NCBI GenBank assembly: GCA_977030845.1
Contig: OZ365112.1
Span: 21,266,001-21,330,000, forward strand
From: Fimbriosthenelais zetlandica
Lineage: Eukaryota
Length of the DNA: 64,000 bases
Direction: 5' to 3'
This document shows, piece by piece, positions 12,201 through 23,100 of the stretch (its first letter is position 1; the number at the start of each line of letters is the position of its first letter). The position numbers were made by a program, and so were the translations under genes. A model generated the notes under the pieces. It saw only the letters and a list, made by a program, of their open reading frames with translations, was not told the origin of the DNA and did no database searches.

Positions 12201-14113
12201 GGATGACGGAAGTTGTTTTCTTTTTCTGCTGAAATAAAGATCAAGCATCGCAAAGCGCGGCACATGTAAAAGGGCAGCTGAACTAAAGTGTAAAAATCAT
12301 TATATTTATTAAGCCAATAAAAGCAGTACACAACGCAAAAAGAATCCTTCTTTTTATTTTTTATACTTTAGTTAAAGAAATTATATTCCTTTTTTCAGGA
12401 GACTTTGTTGTCTCATCCTTAAAGTAACTTGGGTTTTTCATATTTCAAGATAGAACATAATCTACATTGTATGTACGTATTGACTGTGAATAATGATATC
12501 TGCCAGAATTCTAATATAATAGAAGGATTTTTTGTGCAACATAATATTAGATGCATTTGGTGATTCAGAAAGACTAGTTTAGCGTGCTTGGCCTCTGCTG
12601 GGACTGAAAATCCTACAATAATCGATTATGTGTAATGGGATTGCTGCAAAAGCCACTGAAAAGAAAACACTTTCAATTTTAGTATCGCTGCTGTTGTAGT
12701 CTACAATGTATGTATTTCCAAATGCATGCTGATGATGATGTGGATGACATCTCCATTTCCTTAAAAGATATCGCCGCGCTGATACACGTATGACAATTGA
12801 TTTAAAAATTGATTCTGTTTTCCCCCATGATTCGGGAATCGTAGCATAATCACTTTAATAGGTTATAAATACATAGAGACCATTTAGATTTATCTGGAGG
12901 AATTTTCTCTACTTCTTGGTCTTAAATGAGTGCAACATCATCAGAAATATATATTTACTTCGTACTGCTGCTGGGCAGATCCTCCCAAGAATTTGCCTAA
13001 TGATGTCAGGCATTCGTTGATTGAAGTCCCCAGCGATGACAGCGTTAATTGGATTGCGGTCTTGGTCAATAATCCTCAAGTTTTCTGGATCGAGGTTCTG
13101 GTTGTTGGTCAGGTAAACTGCAATCAACTCAATACCTGCGTCCCTGGCTAGATCTACAGCAGTATCTAGTTGACTACGGGATAGGGAATTCTGCCCTGAT
13201 GTGAAGACAATGGCCACTTTCCGAGCATATGGCTTGACACCATTTACAAAGAACTGGTTCCTCAGTGCGTTAATGAGGGTCACCTGATTCGATGGGGCAG
13301 ACCCACCAGGACCAACATTTCTGTCTATGGCATCGATTATAGCCCGGTTTCCAGTTCCCTGAGCTTGACGGAATGTCAGTGATCGATCGAATACAACCTC
13401 GCTGTGGTACATGACCAAACCGATTTGTGTCCAGAAATCAGGCCGAACGGTAAAACGATCAACCAATTCCTTTAGCAGGCCCTTCACACCTCTGTTCCAA
13501 CTCTCGATCTGCATGGATTGATCCACAGCAAATACAACGTTGAGCAGCTCAGGACAGTACTCAGGCCTATCGCCTATAAGAGGTGTGGATGAACAAAGAG
13601 CAGTGAGAAAACACAGGCAACTTGGTGATTTACAGTAAAAATATATTTACTGTCAGGCAGCGTGACAATTAGATACAGGGATTTAGTAACAACATACATA
13701 TAACATAACATCCTGGCATCGGATTTCATTTTGACTTTCACACAGTCACGCACAATGACACTCTGCATTCAAATGCACTAGAATTCCTCACTTAAAGTAA
13801 GGATATAATCTATGACTGAAACAAGCACTTGTAAATACTGCATTATTTTGAAGCCTACTGCATTGCAACTGATGGTAAAAGCGCTGATTGTGGTTGGGAG
13901 AGCCCAATGCTTTAAAACTGAATACAAGTTTAGGTGGTGAGATAATGAAAAATCACGGTTCACGCATGATAGGTGTGGATGTGAGGACCTACCTTGTGCA
14001 TCTACAGTAGCAAAGATTCCTAAAAATACCACCAGACAAATTAAGAGCCGAGCCATGTGGCCTGGCAGTAGCCGTGGCCCAGGGGGCCGCGATGAGAAAG
14101 ATCCAGGTGGCAT
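1..14113 (-). CDS. Giant vWA-vWA-collagen (secreted; 25 coding exons in window, 3' end beyond position 1; >=3046 aa)
   Basis: Manual splicing, all GT-AG phase-1 introns, exons in transcription order: 14114-13993, 13573-12959, 12068-11478, 11146-11009, 10846-9821, 9641-9489, 9302-8835, 8681-8241, 8077-7709, 7489-7139, 7026-6802, 6641-6327, 6197-5829, 5672-5304, 5182-4958, 4836-4486, 4390-4166, 4006-3656, 3533-2958, 2847-2623, 2468-1857, 1622-1380, 1182-922, 786-499, 287-<1. Gives one open frame: signal peptide, 2 vWA, 874 Gly-X-Y triplets. Confidence 0.95.
499..786 (-). CDS. Collagen exon 24 (288 nt, 32 triplets)
   Basis: Gly-X-Y; ttcgtAG / GTATGA. Confidence 0.93.
922..1182 (-). CDS. Collagen exon 23 (261 nt, 29 triplets)
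   Basis: Gly-X-Y; tttaaAG / GTAATT. Confidence 0.93.
1258..1333. repeat. Intronic 27-bp minisatellite (ATTTCAACTGAAAAGGGTTTAAAATCR) x2.8
   Basis: Units start at 1258, 1285, 1312 inside collagen intron 1183-1379. Confidence 0.9.
1380..1622 (-). CDS. Collagen exon 22 (243 nt, 27 triplets)
   Basis: Gly-X-Y; atttcAG / GTAGGT. Confidence 0.93.
1857..2468 (-). CDS. Collagen exon 21 (612 nt, 68 triplets; one Gly->Ser)
   Basis: Gly-X-Y except GPP-SPR-GER (Ser codon 2368-2370); taatcAG / GTAATT. Confidence 0.93.
2623..2847 (-). CDS. Collagen exon 20 (225 nt, 25 triplets)
   Basis: Gly-X-Y; ttttaAG / GTATGG. Confidence 0.93.
2958..3533 (-). CDS. Collagen exon 19 (576 nt, 64 triplets)
   Basis: Gly-X-Y; ttaacAG / GTATGT. 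Confidence 0.93.
   Translation of the reverse strand: MKLVLLDHLDREANLDLLDQVVLEVRLAQLVPLDLQEKGDPPDPQDHLGLQDQPVQLAHVVNKVQEGHQVPLVHLDPQVQQDPRDLEVSLDLLDRLVQVVQPDLAVNQEPLEPKVKEEKLVQLDLLALVVSQAVPDLQEELVNLDHVANLDQQVHVDKQVKEEKVDLQALQGQLEDQDHQVLGENQVQMEE
3656..4006 (-). CDS. Collagen exon 18 (351 nt, 39 triplets)
   Basis: Gly-X-Y; atgatAG / GTAGGA. Confidence 0.93.
4166..4390 (-). CDS. Collagen exon 17 (225 nt, 25 triplets)
   Basis: Gly-X-Y; tctccAG / GTGATT. Confidence 0.93.
4486..4836 (-). CDS. Collagen exon 16 (351 nt, 39 triplets)
   Basis: Gly-X-Y; cttgtAG / GTATGT. Confidence 0.93.
4958..5182 (-). CDS. Collagen exon 15 (225 nt, 25 triplets)
   Basis: Gly-X-Y; gtaacAG / GTAAGT. Confidence 0.93.
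5304..5672 (-). CDS. Collagen exon 14 (369 nt, 41 triplets)
   Basis: Gly-X-Y; gatatAG / GTATTT. Confidence 0.93.
5829..6197 (-). CDS. Collagen exon 13 (369 nt, 41 triplets; one Gly->Ser)
   Basis: Gly-X-Y except GPR-SER-GEA (Ser codon 5953-5955); cacacAG / GTGAGT. Confidence 0.93.
6327..6641 (-). CDS. Collagen exon 12 (315 nt, 35 triplets)
   Basis: Gly-X-Y; tttatAG / GTAAAG boundaries. Confidence 0.93.
6698..6753. repeat. Intronic degenerate 9-bp repeat (GAATTACTA)
   Basis: gaattactagaattactag...gaattactagaattacta in intron 6642-6801. Confidence 0.65.
6802..7026 (-). CDS. Collagen exon 11 (225 nt, 25 triplets)
   Basis: Gly-X-Y; atttcAG / GTAATC boundaries. Confidence 0.93.
7139..7489 (-). 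CDS. Collagen exon 10 (351 nt, 39 triplets)
   Basis: Gly-X-Y; tttctAG / GTGTGT boundaries. Confidence 0.93.
7709..8077 (-). CDS. Collagen exon 9 (369 nt, 41 triplets)
   Basis: Gly-X-Y; tctctAG / GTATTC boundaries. Confidence 0.93.
8241..8681 (-). CDS. Collagen exon 8 (441 nt, 49 triplets)
   Basis: Gly-X-Y; gaacAG / GTATAC boundaries. Confidence 0.93.
8835..9302 (-). CDS. Collagen exon 7 (468 nt, 52 triplets)
   Basis: Gly-X-Y; cattAG / GTTCGT boundaries. Confidence 0.92.
9489..9641 (-). CDS. Collagen exon 6 (153 nt, 17 triplets)
   Basis: Gly-X-Y; ttttgcAG / GTAAAA boundaries. Confidence 0.92.
9821..10846 (-). CDS. Collagen exon 5 (1026 nt, 114 triplets)
   Basis: Perfect Gly-X-Y; AG acceptor 10847-10848, GTAAGA donor 9820. 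Confidence 0.95.
11009..11146 (-). CDS. Collagen exon 4: start of triple helix (15 triplets)
   Basis: tttatttAG|CT GGA GTT CCC ... CCT TCA G|GTAGTA; [16 protein letters not shown]... Confidence 0.92.
11478..12068 (-). CDS. Collagen exon 3: von Willebrand factor A domain 2
   Basis: 591 nt, phase 1-1; [17 protein letters not shown]...[11 protein letters not shown]...[12 protein letters not shown]...THIIAVDL...TACTP; flanking Cys pair. Confidence 0.9.
12959..13573 (-). CDS. Collagen exon 2: von Willebrand factor A domain 1
   Basis: 615 nt, phase 1-1; [17 protein letters not shown]...[10 protein letters not shown]...[10 protein letters not shown]...GIELIAVYL...GRICP follows the vWA strand/helix pattern with a flanking Cys pair. 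Confidence 0.9.
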
Positions 14114-14114
14114 T
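13993..14114 (-). CDS. Collagen coding exon 1: signal peptide ([20 protein letters not shown]|Q)
   Basis: Acceptor ttttgcAG at 14115-14116, donor G|GTAGGT at 13992; in-frame ATGs at 14113 and 14056; 15-residue hydrophobic core and VDA|Q cleavage-like site. Confidence 0.85.
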
Positions 14115-17100
14115 CTGCAAAATAAATTATACAACATAATCAAATTATGTTTTTATTTTTATTGGGTAAGATACTCTTATCAAGTTTAGAATTTTGCTTT
14201 TAGATAGACTTTTAGAGATTATGAGGAAATCTAGCTTTATGTAAAAAAAAAAAATGGAATGTAATCCATTATATAATCAATTAATTGTAATATAAAGCCC
14301 CAGGCAGGTATTCCTGCCGCTAGCCAATACACTATGACTTTTATACGCTAATTAATTCCTTCAAATTTTAGCCTCCGGGGGAATTTCTTTTGTATTTATT
14401 AGTGCAGAGATAATGTAGAGAAGGAGGCTACCTTCTAGCTCATTGGTGTATCACAGACTGCTTGTTCTCTCCGTTCTGAGGGGGGAGCCTTGCCTGGACA
14501 ACTGCCCCTTTCGCCCTCTGGCGTCAAGGACAGATAAACAGACAAGGACCAAAAAATAACACGTCACAAAGAGGCCTCGAAAAAGCCTGTCGCCTCTCAG
14601 TGAGCTGGAAAAGAAAAACAAATCATGCATAAGATTAAATTCAGTTAAAAGTAACTCTTGGGTTTTACATCGAACAAATCGTTTTTAGTCAGTATTTGAA
14701 TCGGTGCTTTAATGTGCATAGCCTTTTTTGGTAACTCTACATCGCTATTAACATTCTTGCTATCGCACGCACACTTAGATATAGTTGAGTTTGAAAGTAA
14801 CGGGAAGACAATGTCATCGGACCTGAATATATAATTATCCGTAAATTTATAGACTGACGATTCAACTGGATTCATGAATCCTAATAATTATTACATTCCT
14901 ATAATTTTACCAGTCACTTCCCGATAGGCCTAATATTATATCAGTGTCATCCACTTTTCACAATAACATAGAACTTTCTGGATCCTGCCTAATCTATCTT
15001 TACCTTACCTTGTCTCGTCATGCCTTACCGGTAATTAAAAGAATTATTTAATACTTTCGCCATGTCATATTTTATAAATCATTCCTGATAGTGTTCATTC
15101 GAACAGATTATGTACATGTAATTTATTACTTTCGACGGATGAAGTTCTTTAACATTTTATCTAAATTACACTATCAGGGTCTGACATTCCATTGGGTACA
15201 TTTGGCAGGTGTTGTTGAGGCCTATTTCTTTCTGTCCACGCTCTATGTACTTCGAAGCATGGGACGTCCTCTATGCTTCTATCACACTCATTCCCAAACG
15301 AAACTCACCCAACCGGTTTTCACCATTAAGCGCCATGTCCAGACGCTCTCGCACCCAGTCTATTACCTTTCGTAACACCTTCATTACACATACCTTTGCC
15401 TTTTTCTCCTGCATATAGACATGGCAGGGATACATCTAAACATTTTCAAGCCTCTTCTAAGGCGTCAATAGTATTGTTTCTTTGGTATTTTTCGTACGAG
15501 TTGCCGGTGTAGGACTATGGGAAATGAATGATGACCTGTCCTAAATTGTGTATACTACAGTATATATAATCCTGATTTTTCATTACTATAACAAAACCAC
15601 CAGACTTTATACTAATCCGGGCCACAATAATCGCGAATCCCAAACTTACAATTGTTTGTTGACAATACTTGTTGCCATGGGACAATAGTTGACATTTTCA
15701 TATTACATAAGGTTTGTAATGATCGGGTTAATGATGAACAGATTATGAGTATTGACTGGTAATGCGACCTCTTGACCTCATGCAGCACTGATACTCAAGT
15801 TGGGACCATTTTCCGAGCCTTTTAACTATTATAATTACATTATCCTACCAATTATATACTTATCGGGGGGAACGTGTATACTCTATGCCAGGCTCGCACA
15901 GGTCTGTGCCTTCTAATTAAGGCTGTTCTGAGAATTACATGAGGTACCCTGTAATAACCTCAAAACCCATGAACCCTTTCATCGCCTATATTTATTATGG
16001 ATGGTACATTGAGCTATATAGTGTGATGGGAAAGCGACAGGATTCACTATAGAAGATCTTATGAAAACTGTGAATGGTGAACTAATATTTCTAGTCCATT
16101 CCTCTAGAATTTTCCTGGGTATCTTAGACTTATTCCACATCATCTTTTCAACTGATTTAGCTTAAGATATTTGAAATAAGACAGTCAGAATATATCTAGT
16201 GGAACTATCAGGGTATACACGATTTCTCATGGTGCACGAATAATTAGAATATGATAAGGCAACTAGTAATTCATAATTTCTTAATGAGAATGTTCTAAAA
16301 TGTAATTGATGGGTTTGTAGTATATAAGACACAGTGAAGCAGAGTTCATATTCCCATTACACAAACTTAATTGCCTCACATGTATAGATCTTCGTCTTTA
16401 GATCCATGCAAACCTTACACATTATCTTTCCTTTATGGACCATAAATCTAATGACCTTATACTAACACACACGCACCCTTTGCGCACCAGCTACATGTAG
16501 ATAAATTTTCAGCTGATGCCCAGATCTCTTTGTTGAATTTTTTGTTGAATAAGCAGTAAATAAATTAAAACGTACAAATATATTACGAACAAGATTAAAC
16601 TTAGCTTGAGCAATGCAACAGCTAGCAAAACTAGCAAATTCATCGCGACATATACATAATTATTTTAATTTTGTACTGGTTAACTTTAATAAAGATATCA
16701 ACCCTGCTGATTTCGCATCGAATCAACTTTTACGGTTGAGGCTAATTTCTTATTACCTAACCTTTAAGGGAGCTAGGTCATCTATCTTGTAATATTTGGT
16801 ATAGGGTCCTGCCTCAGCTTTAGATGACAAGACTGCTAAACTTTATGGTTGTTGTCATGCCAACATGCTGTCATCTACAGATGAACGCCTCTCTAAACCA
16901 GAATGGCTACATGCTGGTAAGAATGGGATCTCCTCACCCCAGATGACCCCTCCTGACATCTGGCAGGATGATCCCTATACAGAAGTCAAATCCAGGACCA
17001 TTGAAAAGGTTTGATATGTTTGGTTAGCACTATGTCATAGTGGATATATCTTCTCAGTGGGGGAGACAGACAAGGCCCAATGCATTTTCACACATGCAGA

Positions 17101-20100
17101 CAGTTTATATATATATACACATGTATTTATATGATATAATGCATACAGAAATATGTGCACATTCATCCTCATATTATTCATATGCGTTACAGGTCTAACC
17201 GTAGTGCAAATCTTTGTTCACTGATGTGTCAGGGAATGCTTTTATATCCAACATAACTATAACTCTTTAAGAGTGATAGTATAATATGCTTCTTTTGGCG
17301 CATCAGTTCCAACGATCCCCATGAAGTGGGAGGCGGAATTGATACAGAGAGTAGCCTAACTGCTTGAGGAAATGTCTTGGTAGTGGAGTTCAGAAGATCC
17401 CCATGAAAATCAAAGGTTGCATGAGGGTTTTCCTCAATTTCAATCGTCATTTCAACCATAAACCTAAGCCAAATTCATATAGGTGAGCGACTAACACCTT
17501 TGGTTGATGATGTAATGGGTCATTGGTTCTAGGTTAATTCACTCTCATTTGCTTATATTCATGAAAACCTGTCCACTATCCTAGCACAGTCATCTGATGC
17601 TTAATGATAGCAAATTTATACCCGTGAATAATCATCACAGTTTCTGATCGCCACAAAGAAGAAACCTCATTTATAAGCATTCACATGGATGTGAAGTAAA
17701 CTAAATAGCGAAAACATTAGGTAAAAAGTCCTGAATGATATACAACCATCCAGAAAATAAGGTATGATTGCCAATTAATTGCCCGATTAGACTGAAAGGA
17801 CCTGCTGTTGTAGGTATCGAGTGGAAAAGGGGGTCACTTCATGAATGATGCCCTTACATTCCCATATCGGCATTGCCATGAGCTAGGTAAAATTTAGGCC
17901 GAAGGTTAAGCTAGAAATTAGGGGGAGGGGCGGGTTTTATGCTGGGATTCATGTTATGCACCAGCAATGTTTACAAGGGCCATGCAATCTCGCTTGACTA
18001 TGATAATGAAATGGAAAGATATTAGGATGGGTTTATGCTTAATTTTGGATTCGTTGACAAACACGCTATGTGTCGTGCTTTCTTGTGTTTTACCCCGATG
18101 TAGAGCCAACATTTTCTGCGCTGACACAAGTCGTCTGATGTGTATAATTTAACATAGTGAAACTTAGGCAAAGGAAGCTAATATATCCTGCCACTGGGGA
18201 TACTGCTTTTTTGTGAAATGAAGAAATAGATCACTCATGCATTTGAATCAAGTTTTTTCAGAGATTCTAATACAAAATGATATGATGATATGCCCATGTC
18301 CCTTTGGTGTCTCTCTATTCTAACTTCAATTTTCTTGACCTACTTCTAGTGAAATATATTTTTTAAGGTGAGACATAATACAGGTACTGTAAGTGAATAA
18401 AGAAGTGCGTAGCTGAATAAACTGCTTGTTGTGAACGACCAGGATTTCTTTAAAATGATGTTCTCTACTATATAAATGAGCATATTAGTTGCAAATATAC
18501 TGGGTAACATAAGTGTTGTAAGAATCATCGTTCTTACTACACTTATGTTCTCCTATAGAAGACCACACATCCATAGTTACATTGAAACCTCGGGGCCATC
18601 TTAGCATGAATGGCTTGAAATCAGGACTGTCAAAAATGAGAAAGGATTGCTCAAAGCGATGTGTAACGGTATTTACACTTTTGTTCCCACCTTTCTACTA
18701 TGTATATCAGTCACATTGTGTGCATCATACCCACTTTCTCCAAGTCTTTCCATGAAAATGAATTAAAACACTAAAGAAGCTATCAATCATGTACAGTGTA
18801 TAATATAATTATAATTGTAGAGGTCATTTGTGAATTCATATAGTTCTATACAAAAGACTTTCAAGGGCTATGTACCGCATGATGCACATTCTCATGACAA
18901 GAACTGAAAATGTATGCATGCAAAGTATGTTCTGTTTGTACATTGCAGAAAAAAGACTAATAATATGATAATGTTCCTTAAAAGCTTATTGGTACCTCAG
19001 GTTGATGCATGGGTCATGGTCGTATTATAGGTTATGGGGGGTTTTGTCTCAGATTTGGCAGACCCATTAATTATAGGAATCACTGAGAGGAGTTCTTGCA
19101 CAAAAGCCAATTGGGCACAAAGCCAATCAGGTAATTGGGTTCAACTCCAACCTCAGACAGACAACCCTTTAAACATTTCATTCAGTGTTCTATTGACTGT
19201 AACTGGTGTTTAAAGAAACATGAGCAATAATGTAATATGTTTTTCTTCCCACATAAGCATGTTGTGTGCGTGCGACTAAACCGTGTTTAATTCGGGTTAA
19301 GGTAAACCCTCAGATCTGCTATACCCCAACCTAGAAGAGAGATAGACTAGACAGAAGCCCGTAACCCTAAACCCAACACTTCAGACTAGTCAAACACTTG
19401 GTTAACAAGGGTGTAGTACTGTTCGCTAAGCACTGGGCCCCTTTAAGGGTTACCCTTGGCACATAAACCGTTAAATGGCACACGATGCAAGGGGATTTGC
19501 ATTGAAATGGCTCTTTATCTATGGAAATAGAGAGGTGGGAGACCCTATTAGCTCAGCACTGTTATTATAAGGTTCAAGCTGACGAGTGTAAATGCTAAAA
19601 TTATTCCAAGAACAAAATTCACGGGTAAACTAAAAGAAATCTGGTAAAGACATCATCCAAACAACCAAACCTTCATGGTCGTATGGCCATCCTGGGTAAA
19701 TCATCTTATTTGTATCAGATAAATTTTGTTCATCTAATACCCCCATATAATATGGGCCAGGCAGACGCTGCTGCCACTGATTACAGTATATTTTATAGAA
19801 TTGTGTACATCGTGGGGATTTTCCATTGCTTTTTTTCTATGTCAGAGACATGAGGAAAGTGGGTTGTCCTGGACTCGATCCTAAAATCTTTTACATTTAG
19901 GTCTGTCATCTGGTCAAGAAATTATCTCTTTACAAGTACTTTAGCAATTGTAAGATAAGCTATGCTGACATAAGACCTAGAACATTCCTGAACATGTCTT
20001 CAGATCTTCAGCTGTACTTCCCACATACTCAACCTGAAGTAATGGGTGTACACCGTTCCCATTGGTGGATAATATTCAGCTACCCTACCAGATTCCAAAG

Positions 20101-23100
20101 AGATTTCATGCTAACTTTACAGTAATGCTTGTGTATTTGACCAAAGTAGGTCATAAGAGGCCTCCAATACCTGGTACGGATGGATGAGATGATTTTCAAA
20201 GACAAAAAAGACAAATAGTTAAATATTGGGCAGACCAAAATGGGCACATGGGTGATGATCGCTGCGAGAAATTACTTCTACATTAAATAATGAAAAGTAC
20301 GCTTCTCTATTTTATAGATTCATTGACTGATTATATGATGAATTCCTTGATAGATTCATTGGTCGACGGATGACACAGCAGAATAATACAAAATTTATAC
20401 TTTCAGTACATATAATAGGGGGACTATATTGGAGGGAGAGCACCACAGGAAAGGTGTAGGCGTTTCTCTATGCTCCAATGACAAACAAGACAGACCCTTG
20501 ATATAGGATGCGTGGGTGCAGCCTCCACTAATATATTACATCTGATATGAAGGCAAAAGTTCACCTCTGCTTTGCCTTTCCTTGGACAAGGGCACATAAC
20601 ATAAGATGACATCGAATAAGTCAAACACAAGGTTCCAGAAGCTGACATTTACTTTTGGTATGTGTTTATGTACACAAGGAGACTGGTGCTTCCTGCCCTC
20701 CGAATCTTATCATTCCAGAGGCAACTGATGTCACAATCTCTGCCAATATAACACACATCTTACATTTCAGCCCATATACATAGACATCTCTCTATTTCTA
20801 TGTCTGGATTTTTTGTGTGACCTGACTTGAAGTGCTTTATTTATTTTATTTTATTTGGTTTCAGGACTGACAGAAATTGAGCCAGACATGATAAAAAGGG
20901 AAATAACCAGAGAGGCTCTTTGCTAGCAAGTAGTTGGGGATCAAGATTGTTGGCAATGTCTCCCTGGCTGGTCATGGTCTGTCGTCACCCATGCTAAGGT
21001 CTATGGTTTTAGAATTGGCACAATGGGATGCATATTATTGTAACTACCCCTGTACTTGGCTGGTTATCGTAAATTGGGGGCTTTGCTAATAAGGTCTATA
21101 TTGTTTCCGCCATATGCAGTGCTAGAAGTGAAAAGTTCATAATCAAAGGTCACCTTCATTTTTATATGAACTTGTAATTTTCAATTTGTTGCATGCAAAT
21201 CTGTAGTGTGAGTAGTTTTTAGTGTGTTCATAAGAAACATAAGACATTTAGATTCAGTTAAGTGGGGTAAGTTGTTTCAGGAATGTCAGCGGAAATACCG
21301 CAGATTATCCCCGAATGATAGGAGTGTATTCCTTGATGTCCCAGCATTACATGCCTGACTGACATAGTCTGTGCATGATTGTCCGTATCGTTGACTCATA
21401 AAACAGTATTCATGCCTTGTCTATTCATATTACAATGATGGAGAATACCTATCCCAATAGAAAGTCGAGCAAAACTAGTAACATATGTCAAAAAGCCTGT
21501 CCTAAGCACAAATGGCCCTCTTTATCTCTATTTGTGATGCGGCAACATGACAATATAGGACCCAGATCATGTGGATATCTCCCTTTCTTAGGAGTTTACT
21601 GAGCTTTGCAGGCAGACAAGGCTTTATAAATCTCTGTGTACTTGTCAGGCCTAGATTTCTACCACCATCTTTTACCAATCTGGGCAAACATCATGAGGGA
21701 AAGTTGAAGCAAGTTTACCCCAGTGTTAACATATCAAATGATGTCATCCTTTGTGCTGCATTGTGCAACTGAGGGGACCAATCATCGATCCAAAAAGAAA
21801 AGTGACCTGTAACAGCTGTTTAATGATCCAACTTGTAATCCCTCAGCAAGAAACTGTCTAGAAATGGACCATCAATATTTACCAAGTTTAAATACGGGCC
21901 TGAAAAGGGGCCTCTTATAAAGGGTGACAGTGTATTGATATGAATGTATGTTTGGTTGAGGAAGAGGTGGGATGAGGGAATGGCAAGGGACATTCCAGTA
22001 TGGGGTGTCTTGCCTATTTTCTGTTTGATCGACTGGATACCTAGTTTGCACAACGGCATATGGTTTGCTTCTGGAGTTTGCCCCATTCTTGGGTCGGAGG
22101 TCATGGTTTGGAAGCTTTGGACTGGCATAATAGACAAACTGCTGAACGCATGCACAGTATGTTTATTGATGTAATCATGGCCTAAAATGGGATCTATATG
22201 ACCTCAATACGGTGTATAAAGTATGCCTATGTGTCACTGATAGACCACGTTATAAGACGTGATGACTTGCCCTACAGCATGACATTTTATCCGTATCGTG
22301 TGCCTCATTATTATAAAGAATATGCATAATACAAACACTTTTGTTATTTTGTTATTTCTTATTGGTTTCTCTCACCAAATAATTGTCGAAAGATATGTGA
22401 GGAAGTTCATCCTTATATAAGTAGATAGGATCTGTCCCTTTAAAAGACAATCTATTACGACTATCGATACCCCACGTTAAAATGCTAAACGTTTTACTGC
22501 ATTCTTTTGTTATTGGCAGGTACTTGTACAAATGTGTGGAAGCGAAATATTACATTTTCTTTGCTTGGCAAATTAGTCAGAGTGGGCAAAGCCTCTGAGA
22601 TGGTCCGATCCATTCATAATGGTACACCTTTAAGGCAAGTTGTAAAAACTCTGATTTACAGTTTCGACTCTTTGGCTCACAATGTCATGATTTAAAGTAA
22701 TGGCCCTCCTTCCAATAAAACCTGTCTCTCTTTATAAAATGGGGTGTAAATCCTTTAAAGCATAACATATTCTTCCTATGACAACTAATATATCATTTGT
22801 GCTTGATGTTTCTAGTCTAGTGGGACGATCATTTCTTTTCGGAACTTGGATTTGTTCTACTTTGACAAACAATGTTCTTATTGGTTGCTTCTCACATGAG
22901 ATGAAGTGTTTTAGAAATTTGTTGTCTACACAATGTGGAGGAAGATAATCCTTTAACAAACATCTTTAAAAGACATTTCCCGTGAAACCGAATGCCACCA
23001 ATTGCGGTCTCGTCTCGACCCAAGAATTAGCTTTAAAGGATGTTAGAAAGGGTTAATTTGCCTGCGTTGATAACTGATATAACAGATAATGTGGGTAGTA

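Noticed and set aside
21500-21700. RLVKDGGRNLGL resembling the GGLGL motif of L1/Tx1 ORF2
   Set aside because: No upstream reverse-transcriptase motifs in any frame.
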